Shown here piece after piece: positions 20,155 through 32,000 of a DNA stretch of 64,000 nucleotides. A model generated the notes under the pieces. That model saw only the letters and a list, made by a program, of their open reading frames with translations, was not told the DNA's origin and did not search any database. This stretch comes from Porphyridium purpureum (lineage: Eukaryota), in contig VRMN01000008.1 in assembly GCA_008690995.1 (NCBI GenBank), positions 310,001-374,000 on the forward strand, written 5' to 3'. Within the stretch, counting starts at the first letter, position 1; the number at the start of each line of letters is the position of its first letter. The position numbers and the translations under genes are program-made.

Positions 20155-22761
20155 ATGGATTGGTTTAGTCTTGCGAGTAGCACGCTCGACTCATTCCAGA
20201 AGGAGCTGACCAAGGAAATTGGGCTGGGGTCGCGTGATGATGAGCGAGAAGCGGACGCAGCGGCTGCCGCCGAAGCAGAGCCGCGTGGAAGTCAGGATGA
20301 TCAGTGGCAGGAGTGGGACGTTGGCGACGGCCATGAGAACAACCTCGACGATGATCAGTGGGATGATGTCGATACAGGAGCCTTGCCAACATCGTTCACG
20401 CCCGTAAGCAAGGCGCACAGCTTGGATGCTTCCGAGTCCGTGCAACATCACGAACAAGGCCGTGGTGAAGAATCGGCACTGAGTATCTTAAGAACAGGCT
20501 CCGACCAAAGGGATGTCACTACCGATACATCGGCCGTACCAGAAAATACGTCTTCTGGTCAAAAGAGCGGTGCACCAGGTACGACCGATACGTCCGCGTT
20601 GGGAACGGTAGAACGGGGGTTCCAGGCGGCGAACCAGCAAATAGAACACTCCGCCCGCATGGAGCACGTAGCTTCTGATTTTGTTTCAGAAATCGAGTCA
20701 AACAGCGTCGAGAACGGATGGGCCGAGCACGAGCAGGCCATCGAGCTTGCGCACCACGAAGAAGACGGACAAAGTGATCTTTCATTCCCGCATGCGCTGC
20801 AGGCAGAATCTGCAATTCCCGCTGCCGGGGCGGATGCCGATAGTCGCACGTCTGCGAAAGATTCAGTGCAAAATGGAATGGAAAAGGGGGCTGGATCCGT
20901 CGACATGGTTGTGAGCGCGAACGCAGGAGCCGAGCTCCCTCTTGCCGCGAGACTGAAAGGGCTTGAGGTATCCCAGCACGAAGATACGTTGGAGAACAAA
21001 GATGCGGTTGAGCGCCTTGACGAGCAGGCAAAGTTGCAGCAAGAACATCAGATACAAATCGAGCAGCAGCAGAGCGCGGATGACGAGGAACAGCGGCGGC
21101 GGAATCAGCAGAAACGAGAGCAATTAGAAGCCCGTTTAGCAGCAGCACATGCTCAGCGGCGGGGGAGTGAGCACAAGGTGACCGAGCTAGAAGGACAGCT
21201 GTCTCAACTTGTCCAAGAGCGAGAAAATTTGAGGCGCTCGCGCGACTCGCGAAGTGCGGAGCAAGAATTGCTCAAAGAGAAAGATAAGCAGATCGAGGCA
21301 GTGCTCCGTGATGGCGAGAAGCTCTCTGTCCGTGTAGCGCAGGCCGAGGCTGAGCTACGCGCTGCGCGCAAGCGCGCCCGCGAGACTTCTGAGCTTTTAA
21401 AAGATTTAGAGACTCAGACCGAACCGACAAATAAGGAGCTGCGAGAGCTAACTGCCGAAGTGGGCCGCCTTGAGAGTCTGCAGAGCGCAATCAAGAAAGA
21501 ACGAGAGAGCGTGGAGACAAGGCTTCTTGAACTGGGCTCAACATCGCGCGCACGAACGGATCTTTACTCAGCTCTCGAAGCCGCCAAAAGTGACCTAGAG
21601 ACACTTAAATCGGTCGTCCAAGTCGCCCTTGAGAATCAAAGGATGGAACTACAAGCCGAGCTTGAAGCGGGTCTTCAACAGATTGAGCAAGAGCAGAACA
21701 AATTAGAGGCCGAGTCAAGCAAAGTGCTTGGGGACCTGAAGCAGCAGAGTACGCAAGCGGCGGAGAGCTGGGCGCGACTCGACCGTGCACTCCGCGCAGA
21801 GATCGAGGAGCTGGAAAATCGTTGTGTTGAGCTTCAAGCGCGAAATGAGCAGACCGCCGCGTCGGTGCCGAACGCTACCAAACCCCTGATTCGGCAGATT
21901 GAGGCACTCGAAGCTGCTGAGCGCGAGCGGTTGGGGGCGATGCAGCTCGTTGATCAGAAGGCCCGCGCGAAAACAGAATCGCTGGAAAGCGATTTGAGAG
22001 TGAGCCGCGATGAGTGCAAACGTATCATGGAGCGGCTCGGCGAAGTGGAGGCTAAGCTGAGGGCAGCGGAGGGCGCGCAGAAGGAATGCCTTTTGACAAG
22101 AGACCGCATATCCACAGAGATAAACTTGCTACGGGAGGCAGCCGCTCAGGAGTATGCAAAGCACGAAGCTGAAATAGCCCCATCTCGAGATGAGATTACC
22201 AAGCTTGATGCAGAAGAGCGCGCGCTTGATTCCGAGCGTGTGCGAGTGATCGAATCGCACTTGGCGCTCACGGATGCCGCAGAGAAGCGTGAGCAGGAGC
22301 TTCGAGAGACTTTAACTACGCTGCGCATTCAGGCGGCACAACTAGATAGCGCGGAGAATCGCTACGAATCTAGTCGGTCGTCTTTCATCAACGGGCTACT
22401 GGAGCCGGGTGCGAATGCATTGGAAGATGTTGAACTTGAGCTCCGTGCGCTGGTACGCAAGCGAACGGAGTTTCTTCAGAATATTGAATCATCGGTCGCG
22501 TACCGAGAGCAGACTATCCGCACACTGGCGACCAAGCTCGAGGAGCTGGAGCTCGAGTGTAGCAAAGTCGAAAGCTCTTTGTCAACGCTTGGTGACGACT
22601 ACGTAACACTAGAAAAGAGGCACGCTGCTTTGACGGAAATGTTCAGAGAAAAGGAATCTGCTGCACTGCACTTGGAGCAAGATTTGGAGGACATACGAAG
22701 CGTGCATAAGGAGCAAATTTCGTCTCTCATCGCAAAGTTAGAGACCCTTCGAAGCGCATGA
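20155..22761 (+). CDS. TMF1: TATA element modulatory factor (TMF1)/golgin candidate 5 coiled-coil protein
   Basis: LKEKDKQIEAVLRDGEKLS, ASVPNATKPLIRQIEAL and C-terminal EMFREK..LEQDLEDIRSVHKEQI match TMF conserved blocks. Confidence 0.8.
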   Translation: MDWFSLASSTLDSFQKELTKEIGLGSRDDEREADAAAAAEAEPRGSQDDQWQEWDVGDGHENNLDDDQWDDVDTGALPTSFTPVSKAHSLDASESVQHHEQGRGEESALSILRTGSDQRDVTTDTSAVPENTSSGQKSGAPGTTDTSALGTVERGFQAANQQIEHSARMEHVASDFVSEIESNSVENGWAEHEQAIELAHHEEDGQSDLSFPHALQAESAIPAAGADADSRTSAKDSVQNGMEKGAGSVDMVVSANAGAELPLAARLKGLEVSQHEDTLENKDAVERLDEQAKLQQEHQIQIEQQQSADDEEQRRRNQQKREQLEARLAAAHAQRRGSEHKVTELEGQLSQLVQERENLRRSRDSRSAEQELLKEKDKQIEAVLRDGEKLSVRVAQAEAELRAARKRARETSELLKDLETQTEPTNKELRELTAEVGRLESLQSAIKKERESVETRLLELGSTSRARTDLYSALEAAKSDLETLKSVVQVALENQRMELQAELEAGLQQIEQEQNKLEAESSKVLGDLKQQSTQAAESWARLDRALRAEIEELENRCVELQARNEQTAASVPNATKPLIRQIEALEAAERERLGAMQLVDQKARAKTESLESDLRVSRDECKRIMERLGEVEAKLRAAEGAQKECLLTRDRISTEINLLREAAAQEYAKHEAEIAPSRDEITKLDAEERALDSERVRVIESHLALTDAAEKREQELRETLTTLRIQAAQLDSAENRYESSRSSFINGLLEPGANALEDVELELRALVRKRTEFLQNIESSVAYREQTIRTLATKLEELELECSKVESSLSTLGDDYVTLEKRHAALTEMFREKESAALHLEQDLEDIRSVHKEQISSLIAKLETLRSA

Positions 22762-22964
22762 CGCACTTGGTACTTACTCGATACCTCTTCGATGTTCTGA
22801 GGTCCTGTCCATTATGGACGGGGTGAATTTCGGACAGAAGCTGCAGATGGTGACGAACAGACAGAAGAAGAAAATGAGCAAACTGTACATTGGCTTCAAA
22901 TGGTAGATCCTCGCATTTCTGCTCTCTATTCATGGCCTTGCAGGCTCCGCGCGTTCGCTGGGTT

Positions 22965-25133
22965 CTAATCGTCAACTTCGCTACGTGAAGGAGAAGGTAA
23001 TGATGAATTAGCAGGAGTACCGGCCGAAACATGCTCCTTGACTTTGCCGTGACTTGCCACAGCTGTAACCTGATTAGGTAAAGCCGATTCTATGGTCATG
23101 TCACGCTGCTCGGTCGTGCGAGCGCCTGTGCCTATCGACCCGACGAGGGTCTCAGCTTTGACGTCGATGTCTGAGTCTGTTTGTGTTTCTGAGACCGCCT
23201 TCTCGTCCGCGGCAGCCGCGGCGACGGCAGCCGCCTTCGCCTGCTTTTCTGCTTGCGCAGTCTCCATAAAGTAGTCATCTTCTTCGAGGACGTCACCCAC
23301 CACGTAGAGGCGGAAGCTGAGCGCAATGTGGAGCGAGGCATCTGCCCCGACTGTGCCCTTGAGCCTCACCCACGAGTCGACGAGCTGGCCTTCTTTCAAG
23401 TTGGAGATCTTGATCTGATACCAGCCGAGCGAGCGGTTCTTCAGCCCATACCGATCGAAAACCTCAATGTGGAACACATCCGCCAGGGGGTCACTGACAT
23501 CGAGGTCGAATCGTTGATTCCAGATCGGATTTCCTTGCCGATCGTCGCTATCGTTGAGACTGCGGTCGTGTTTAGATCGAACGCGGCTATTTCCAACACG
23601 CAGCGCGCAAAACGGATTTGAGAGACCCAAGCTGGTGGTGCCAACAATGCCCTTCGCTTCGTACAAGCTCACGCTTAGAGTACCAACCTTGCCCAAAGCG
23701 GAATACGTGTGGCCATCTGCCAAAGCCTGCGCCACACGCCTGGCCAGACTCAAGAATGGACTGCCGGACTGAAATATGTCTACCTTCATGGGCAAAGTGA
23801 ACTGGGCCGGGATTTCGCGCGTCAGCAGCTTTCGAAGAAACGTGTTGAGACCCGGAATGTACATGATGTCCAGATACTTGAACGGTTTGATGCTAATATT
23901 CAGTCGCGGGCGATCCACGAACGCAATGCATGCGTCCGCCACGTACGGGTCCTTTGGGATCAGTCTGGCGCGGAGCCAAAATTTGGCGTCGAGGTCAAGC
24001 TCGCTAATCATGACAGGCAGGCGGATAGTTGTGCCGAATGACAGCTCTACCACCAACAAAACTGATGCATCGCCGTCGTACCGCGCATTCAGATTGTACG
24101 TTAGCACATAGGGGTCTGGGTGCGGAATGTCTTCTATGCTGCGGATCCAGATTGGTCGCTGACCAAGATGGAAGCGCTTGACATGGATGGACTTGAGTAA
24201 GGGTGGCTTTTCCACGCTCAACGCATCGTCAATAGAGATCTGCAAGTTTTCGCTCACCGTCTGCTCCAGCAAGTCATTGTAATTACTCCATGCCTTGCGG
24301 AGTGCCACATTGACCCACTCTGCGCTTTCTTCATGATATACTGGCGCAGCATCTAGGGCCGAGTTCCGTGAAAACCCCATGCCGCCATTCCCGAGCAAGC
24401 CCTTGACCGTCGAGTCATTCTCAGCAAACATTTCATCATCGTAGTCGTCGAGCCCGAATAGAATGCTCACCGCCGTGCTGGTACGCTCTCCAATGGACGA
24501 AATGGATGTAATGAGCACCTGTCGACCGAAACCTAGAATGTCTAGCACGAGCTGAATGAAGCGAACGACCATCAGTGTGATCACGTACCCAATGAGAAGT
24601 GTCTTGAGACCCTGAGGATACATCGGAGGCCGTGCATCGAGGGGTACCAACTGACGAGGCTGCGCAGCTCGAATCTGCTCAAAATCCTCCTCGAGGTGGA
24701 CGAACATGTTGCCGCTTCGCTGCGTCAGAGCGCGTCCGAGGTCAAAATTCTTGACGCGTTTCTTCAGATCCAACGATGCAAACGCCTCTGTGTGCGTCCG
24801 CTCGGCCTGAGATGCATTCGGACATTGTTCCACTTGTTCAAACCGAACCTTGTCACCCACGCGCCTAATTTTGACAATTTGCCTCTTCGCAGACCCTTGC
24901 AACATGCCTCCGTCAGGATTCTCTGAACTTCTTTCGGCGGCGCGGTGACGTGCGTCGGCCGGATCATGAGGATTGATATTGTTCATGCGCACTGTCATTC
25001 TGCAGCGCACGCTGATGGCTGGTGACCTCGCCAAATTTAATGGGTGACATTCTCGCGCCACTGTTTGTCTCACCCGCAAAGTGTCTGGCAGAGCCCTCAC
25101 GTGCATCGGGGTAACAAAGGCCAGCGCACACAT
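22965..25133 (-). CDS. Synaptotagmin-like TM-SMP-C2 lipid-transfer protein (NTMC2T5-like), probably plastid-targeted
   Basis: EESAEWVNVAL (SMP start), C2 domain (GTLSVSLYEAKG..NPF..NPIWNQRF); likely start MCALAFV at 25133 resembles a transit peptide; ORF track extends to 25424. Confidence 0.8.
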   Translation of the reverse strand: MCALAFVTPMHVRALPDTLRVRQTVARECHPLNLARSPAISVRCRMTVRMNNINPHDPADARHRAAERSSENPDGGMLQGSAKRQIVKIRRVGDKVRFEQVEQCPNASQAERTHTEAFASLDLKKRVKNFDLGRALTQRSGNMFVHLEEDFEQIRAAQPRQLVPLDARPPMYPQGLKTLLIGYVITLMVVRFIQLVLDILGFGRQVLITSISSIGERTSTAVSILFGLDDYDDEMFAENDSTVKGLLGNGGMGFSRNSALDAAPVYHEESAEWVNVALRKAWSNYNDLLEQTVSENLQISIDDALSVEKPPLLKSIHVKRFHLGQRPIWIRSIEDIPHPDPYVLTYNLNARYDGDASVLLVVELSFGTTIRLPVMISELDLDAKFWLRARLIPKDPYVADACIAFVDRPRLNISIKPFKYLDIMYIPGLNTFLRKLLTREIPAQFTLPMKVDIFQSGSPFLSLARRVAQALADGHTYSALGKVGTLSVSLYEAKGIVGTTSLGLSNPFCALRVGNSRVRSKHDRSLNDSDDRQGNPIWNQRFDLDVSDPLADVFHIEVFDRYGLKNRSLGWYQIKISNLKEGQLVDSWVRLKGTVGADASLHIALSFRLYVVGDVLEEDDYFMETAQAEKQAKAAAVAAAAADEKAVSETQTDSDIDVKAETLVGSIGTGARTTEQRDMTIESALPNQVTAVASHGKVKEHVSAGTPANSSLPSPSRSEVDD

Positions 25134-27139
25134 GCAAGCAATCTGCGACGCACCAAAGCTACTGCGCAAGGCAGTTCGCCCTTCCTCAGCGTGGCTGAGA
25201 GGGTGCTTGGATTGTAATGGGCCACACGCTGGATGACTCCCCAGCCGCTGGAGGCGCATATCTCTCACACGACGCTCAGCTTTTGGCATGATCCAGACAA
25301 GATCCGGTTTCGACGAATGCGCCGAATCCAGTCCCAAACCCACCTCTATGCCGCCGCGAACGCACAAACCATTCGACACAAAACAGAAACACCAAGCTGC
25401 GGAAACACCTGCGCTTCGAATCACGCAACCCGGACAAGCACTCGATCACCGGCCAGGCACACCACAGTACGGGACGGAACAAATCCTGGAAGAGGCAGAG
25501 GATTAGATGAAGACCATGCGAGCGCGGAGAAAAGCGTGGAATGGTGCCGCACGAATGAACGCCTGTATCTGCCGACGTCACGATTCACCTTGCTCTTCTC
25601 CGCATCCTTTCTGTCGCGTCCATCTGAATCCCTGGAAGCAAGCGCGCACATAGTGCAACTGTACCATATGAAATGAAAGGAGGTACACCTCGTCTTCAAT
25701 ACGCGCTGTACCTCGGCAGCGAATCCGTCGCAGGCACCGAGGAACCGCGGTTGTCGAACGCCAAGCGGTGGCTGTGTCAGCGCGCGCTGTTCGACAACGC
25801 ACGCGCACCATTGGAAAGTCAGACACGAGCCCGTCGAATGCGCTTCCAGACAGTGCCCTTCGAGTACGCTTCGAGGTGCGAGGTGACAAGGTCACAGAGC
25901 CTTTCGTGTTTGAGGACAATGTGGAGTCGTAAAAATGGCGGCGTTGGGACAGGAGGCTGTTGTCATTCATTCTTCTCTCCGTTCCTTTCTCGCGTCCTTT
26001 CTACCTCTCCTGGCTCCTCCAGTTTGAACTTCTTTTGATTGGGAACAGAAAAATGGCCCTTTTTGTTTGTCCTAAGTGGTGGCGTCTCGTCCAGGCAAGC
26101 GTCAGAAGCCGCCTTTTGTTCGTCAGCCGTGGAAGAGACCGATTCTTGCTGAGGCCATGCGTCTGGCTCATTGCTTTCCTGGCTGACGTCGATTTCCAAG
26201 CTATTTTTTTCGCCGCGAATACGCCGACCAGCCTGGATTTGACGTGCCATGTACATAGTCCGAAGCGTCTTGATGCTTTGAATCGTCGTTATCATTGACT
26301 TCATGAGCTTTATTGTCACTAATTCACGACACTGGCGCCCCTCCTTGTTTGCAGCAGACTTGTGACGCGAAGCGATGTTTGCAGAGCGTCCCCACCGTGG
26401 GCGTGCTGGCCCTCAGTCCCGTCTGGCCTTCGCAAGGCCCTGAATGCGGCCTTTCTGCTGTTTCGAACACCCAACAATGCGTCCTATTCCGCTAAAATGA
26501 AGAAATCCACCAGGTGCGATGGCTGCGCATGTCTGCGCTTTCTTCTCACATCTTGTCGGCGTTCAGGATAAGCCGCTTCCCCGTCCAGTCCCGTTCCACC
26601 CGATCCGGACCCTCGTCGCCGAGCAAGCCGCTCCAAACGGCCAAAGCTCAAGACCCTGTCGTCAAGCAAAGAGTCTTGATATCTTTCCACCTCACTGCTT
26701 TTACGTTGGGAGAATAAGCGTTGTTGCGCGTCGTTGCGTGTGTCCGTTGTGCACATTGTCCACTATGCGCAGTTGCGTTTTGGCTCTTGGATGAAAGCCG
26801 AGTTGCTTTTATGTGAGGAGATTAACGCCTGCGTGCGTTTACTGGGCGCAGCGTGCGGCAGATCCAGCGTTCAACGACTTTCCCGTCAGTGAGCCTGTGT
26901 TTGTCAAATTGTTCGTGCAGATCGGCTCATCCGCCAATACGCTCTCGCTTTCTCCTGGTTTTGAAGTCTGCTGATTTGAGGTGCGCGAGCGGTTGATAAC
27001 TGAAGGATGGGAAGGAGAGGGAGAGACGGAGGGTGGAGACCGGGATCAGCACGGCGTTGGGAAGGAAGAGCTGTGGGATTCTAGCGGGTAGGTCGGTGGG
27101 TCGCGACTTGCCGGATCTCCCGGAGAGCGTGTGCTTAGA

Positions 27140-28996
27140 ATGGGGAGCAGTGGTTCGGGCAGGGATGGGTATGTGAGGATTGAGGATGGAAACGCGTTTG
27201 AGGCGCGTGGTGGATTGGGGGACGCAGGTCGAGTGGGAGATGGCCGTCCGGTGGAAGGAGAGCGTCGGTGGCGACGGGTGGGGATGGGCGTCGTGGTCAT
27301 GATGGTGGTGGGCGCCGTGCTGGTTGTGGCCATGATGGGTTGGATGGGATCCGGTGAGAACTCTGCTGGTATCGACACCCAGAAACAAAGCAGAGGCCGA
27401 TGGCATCAGTCTGGGCTCGATCAGGACACGGAGGGAGAACATAGTGACTTGGATTCATCCACTTCGGTCAGTGGTGAAAGCAGCGAGGACGAGATTTCCC
27501 TTGCTTCCAAGGCGGGACCAGAGGTTAAAATTGAGCAGATGCTGAAGGAGTCTGGCGCGTGCTCTAATTTTACAGACGATCAGCTGGATGAGGTGCCGGA
27601 CTGCGGCTCCGACTTGCAGCGCATGCGCACGTCTTTTGAGGACGAAAACTGCGGTGCCGTGCTGGCATCGAAGCGAGGGCTTCACGCGGTCGTTTACAAG
27701 CTGCGCAGGCTCGCCGACGAAGGAATATTTGTGTTTTTCAGAGGCACTGCAGCCCTCTTTTTCAATAATTTGAACTGCAAGGCGCCCGCTTTTTTCGGCA
27801 AGAACAAGGATTCGGTACCTCATGTCTTATCGTCCGGCGATGCCCATCCAGAAAACTTTGGAACGCTTATGCTCGCGAATAATAATATGACTTGGGGTGT
27901 GAACGACTTTGACCATTCCTTCCGCTCGCCGTTCGTGGTGGACGTTGCCCGTGGTGCCGCGGGCTTTGGCATGGCATGCAAAGTTATGGAAGGTACCACA
28001 GATTGTGAAAAGGTTATTGATGCGTGGACACGCGGGTACACGCATCAATTTCGCAATGGGCGGTGCTCGAGGCTCACGAATGCGGATAGACTTATCGAAG
28101 GCTCGCCAGCGCTCAAAAAACTTCAAGGTGGCGCGCTCGTGCAAAGTTGTTTTGCTCGCGCCAGAAAGGTGATTTCGAGCAAGAAGAAGATTCTCAAGTT
28201 TCACGAAAAGTTTGTGGACGCCAAGACAGGCATGTTTGTGCACACCAAGGAAGTCGAACCCGTCAAGCGCAATATGCTGCCTGCGTTTGAGGTTGCGCTT
28301 CAGGAGTATTTGTTCAACGGCGTCCCGGCCATGGCATTTTTCCTCAAGGAGAAATTTTTCAAGCTTCGCGACGTCGCGGTCAAGCACGGCAGCGGCACTG
28401 GATCGCTTGGACTCGAGCGCTATTATATGCTGATAGAAGGGGTCACGAGTGAGTACGACTTTGACCATGTGATTCTGGAGATGAAGGAAGTGACGAATTC
28501 CGTGATTGAACGTTACGAGGAGGAAACTGTACCTTCCCTGCTGGAAGGCAAGCGCGCGGCCGATGGGGGGCGACTGGCATACCCCTTTGCGAATGTATTT
28601 CACGGCTGGGTCAAGTTTCAGAACGGTTCGTACCTGATCCGCCGTAAGTCGTACTGGCGCAAGTCTGTCAAGCTGGACCAGATTTCGTACAGCGAGCTTG
28701 TGGATTACGCTCACATTGCTGGTGTGGCACAAGCACATTTTCACGGACTGGTAGGCTGCGCGAGCGTCAGGTGCGGCCTCAACGAAACCGCTTCGTCCGA
28801 CCTCGACGCATGTGAAGCTGTGGGTGAGTACTTGGACGGATATCCAGATTTTGAGCAGGACATGCTTGCCTTTGCTGTCCGCGAGATAGAGACCGAGCAG
28901 GAGCAGTACGACATGTTCGAAAAGCTGATGTCGAAGGAGCCGATGAAGAGCAACCCGCTCCAGTTTCTTTCGCCAAAGCGAGTGTTCGCACCGTAG
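27140..28996 (+). CDS. DUF2252-family (kinase-like fold) protein with N-terminal transmembrane anchor
   Basis: FFRGTA, GDAHPENFG, NDFD, GSGTGSLGLERYY, ILEMKE motifs; TM VGMGVVVMMVVGAVLVVAMMGW. Confidence 0.8.
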   Translation: MGSSGSGRDGYVRIEDGNAFEARGGLGDAGRVGDGRPVEGERRWRRVGMGVVVMMVVGAVLVVAMMGWMGSGENSAGIDTQKQSRGRWHQSGLDQDTEGEHSDLDSSTSVSGESSEDEISLASKAGPEVKIEQMLKESGACSNFTDDQLDEVPDCGSDLQRMRTSFEDENCGAVLASKRGLHAVVYKLRRLADEGIFVFFRGTAALFFNNLNCKAPAFFGKNKDSVPHVLSSGDAHPENFGTLMLANNNMTWGVNDFDHSFRSPFVVDVARGAAGFGMACKVMEGTTDCEKVIDAWTRGYTHQFRNGRCSRLTNADRLIEGSPALKKLQGGALVQSCFARARKVISSKKKILKFHEKFVDAKTGMFVHTKEVEPVKRNMLPAFEVALQEYLFNGVPAMAFFLKEKFFKLRDVAVKHGSGTGSLGLERYYMLIEGVTSEYDFDHVILEMKEVTNSVIERYEEETVPSLLEGKRAADGGRLAYPFANVFHGWVKFQNGSYLIRRKSYWRKSVKLDQISYSELVDYAHIAGVAQAHFHGLVGCASVRCGLNETASSDLDACEAVGEYLDGYPDFEQDMLAFAVREIETEQEQYDMFEKLMSKEPMKSNPLQFLSPKRVFAP

Positions 28997-29069
28997 TCAG
29001 CTTGGCGGTCCCAAGAAAGGCATCTGGCAAATTTTAGGTTTATTTTCTCTTTTGTTGGGCTCTCGGGCC

Positions 29070-32000
29070 TCATTTGGAATGGAATGAAAAGGTACTTTCT
29101 TCTGCAATTACGTCTTTTGAGCCCTTTTCGTGGTCGATGTTAACCCCCGGTGCCTCAGGACCATAAGCAAAGTGGTTACCAAGAAAAGCCAGCAAGTCAT
29201 CATATGGTTGCAAGACATGTGAGTCGTGCACGTCTTCATCGTCGCCCATCAGAGGGAAAGGATCTAAATCTTCATCTGTCGACTCGGTTTTGCCGAGCGA
29301 CGTCTGAAGCAGGCAAGGTGCGTCCCGGCCCGCGGAAATTGTCGAACGGCTCAGCAAGAAATCGAGGCTGATGACTCGCACCGAACGATTGCAAAGGAGA
29401 GGGAAGCTGAGCACGCTGCACGCAAGCGCAGCATCCGCGTCGAGGCGTTGCTCATGGTCGCTACCCGTCAAACCGTCCCGATCGTGGTCTTCATCATCAC
29501 CCTCTTGCAATCCAGTGAGCGCAAAGCGCGCAAGGCCGAAAAATCGGAAAGCATACTTGAGCACTAGCACCCGATGAGCCCAGTATAGGCGCCGGTCGAT
29601 CGTTTTCAAAAGCTCAGATGGTATTGAGCGCAATCGCTGAGTGGTTGAGTCGCCGCCTGTCAATCCAAAACCATGCACGAGCTCCGCGTGTCCTTCTGCG
29701 CTGACGCTTATTAGATCACACTCAAAGGCGGAATACGCGTCATCTCTTTCTTCCTCTTCACCCGAGTAATGATGCACGGGAATTCCCAAGTGCACGCGAT
29801 CCATGAGAACAGCTCCTGGCAGCAACGTGCATCGCAAATCTGGGCTTGAAAACGAGTAAATAGCCCAGGGGCCGATCGACTCGTCTATCCAGCGCGCCGC
29901 CCGTGGCGTGCCCAGACTAGGGTCTGCCGATACCAAAATACTTTCCAAAAGCGTCCAAACCTGTTGGGCTTGCCAATGCATGCAAATAGCAAGGGACAAT
30001 ACGTTGCCGAGTACGTCCATTACGCACAACTCTGTCGGAGAGATAAATCGTACCGATTGCACAGCACCAACTGTGCGCCACGAATCCGGCAGCTTTAAGC
30101 ACACAAGCTTGCATCCTATGTCCTGCGCTGCTGCGCCCAATCCATTCAGCACAAGCAAAGCAAGGCTTACACTGCCATTCACGTGTAGAGAAGCAATCAA
30201 AAAGCTTCTTGCCGACAGCGGCACCTGCTCTTCAACAGAGACTGACACCATTTCCGCAACCAAAGCGTGCGCCGTGACAAATTCGTCGACGCAAACCGCG
30301 AGGACGGTTTGCTCACACGCAGGATCTTGCTCCAGTGCCCACACACTTGTTGAACCTTGCGCAGCCGAAAGAGCAAGTAGAGCATGCTCGCCTTCGAGGA
30401 CCTCCATGGCAGAGATAAACAACTGCCGAGCACCCAGAGAATTCAAGCGCACGGACTGGACCACTACGCGGCCCATATAATCGAAAAATAAAATGTAAAG
30501 TCGACTCGTGCTCACGCGTTGAGGAGAATCCGCGTGAGCACCACTCGTGTGCGTCAGCAAGACTATGCGTGGCCGTGTTCGCATTGTGATCGAGCGCGCA
30601 TCAATGACACATTCTCCCGGTGACGCGAAACACTTGCTCAGGCCGTGACCGGCCAGTAGCTGCAGCGCTTCATTCAAAACCAACAATTGCCCATCAAGGC
30701 AAGACACCAAACAGACGCATAGCCTTCGGTCGAAAAAGACCTTGCGCACATTGGCGCTCATGGTCGTATCTAGCCGGTTTTCATGTGCGCTCATGCCCAG
30801 CTCCTGAACGCGGAGCGGTACGAGCGTCTGCCGTTCGTCGACAAGTCCAAAGTGCAAAACTCCGTCCGCTGAAATCCACACTGCGGTCGCGCTTGACCTT
30901 GTCGCGTTCTTAGCAACGGAACCTACGGGATGCTGTATCGGCGGTGACTGAGAAGGTACAATCGCTAATGAGCTCGCAAGGGTCGGCTGATACTGTCCGA
31001 AACCGTCCTGTGTGACGGGTACCAAACGCTCAACGTCAAAGGCGTAGGGTGTATGCGAATGCGATGAAAAAGAAGCGGAACCCCCTGGCGCGTGAGGCTG
31101 AACGCGAACATGAGCAAAGTGCTGACCGGCGTCACCCATTACAAGAAGCGTTGATCCATTTGACACGCTCCTGTCGCTGCCTGCTTTGACATGCACCTCT
31201 GTGACTCCCAGTCTGAAAGAGAAAATTGGCCGAACTTGAAGTTCATCCACATGCAATACGTACACAAGTCCGTCGGTTGTCCCGCAAGCCAGAAACGTGA
31301 CATCCGAGCACTTTGCCTCATCTCTCATGCCTGCATGCGGCGAGTAAAAGGTGCACATGCTTTTCACGGTTGCAATGTTGCGCTGTTCATATCCAGCACT
31401 TCGTTTTCCTTTCTTTTCCTTCTCCGGCAGCGCTTGCCAAATAGGGCTTTCGCCAAGCCAGTCCAGGGTCGGCAATCCAAACCAGCGAATCATAAATCTT
31501 CCGTCCTGTCTGCTATTCTCAAAGCTGCTGCTCCACACCGACACTGCAAGAATGTCCTGATTACGATGTCGGAACGGGCAAATTGCACTAACACCGATCA
31601 CTGGTACTACACGTTCCTCCCAAACCAGAGTATCATTTCCCTCGTGTTGCGCTTTCAAAACAAAGCAAACAATGCCGCGCGAATCAAACGCAACAACCAT
31701 GGGTAATTGCTTGCTCTCGCGGCAGTCGACATAAATTGAGCTCGCAAGCAAGTCTGGCTGCTCCGCTGCTCGCATATGTTCCACCCGAAAGCTATCCGAA
31801 TCGAGCGCGTACGCCAGCACGCGGCGCGGCGTAACCTGGACAACAATAACTTTGCCAGCTTTGGTATAAGACCACATAGAACCCGCCAAGGTCATTTCCG
31901 AGGTGCACGCACCATGTATTTCCTCCATATCATCCATCGCCGAGCTTCTATCAAAACTCAACAAGCCGCCAGAAGCTTCACCCTTCCATTTGAGCACGAG

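Noticed and set aside
25578..26760. Chain of short minus-strand ORFs that might be a decayed or spliced gene
   Set aside because: Low-complexity translations, stops in all frames, no recognisable motif or convincing splice model
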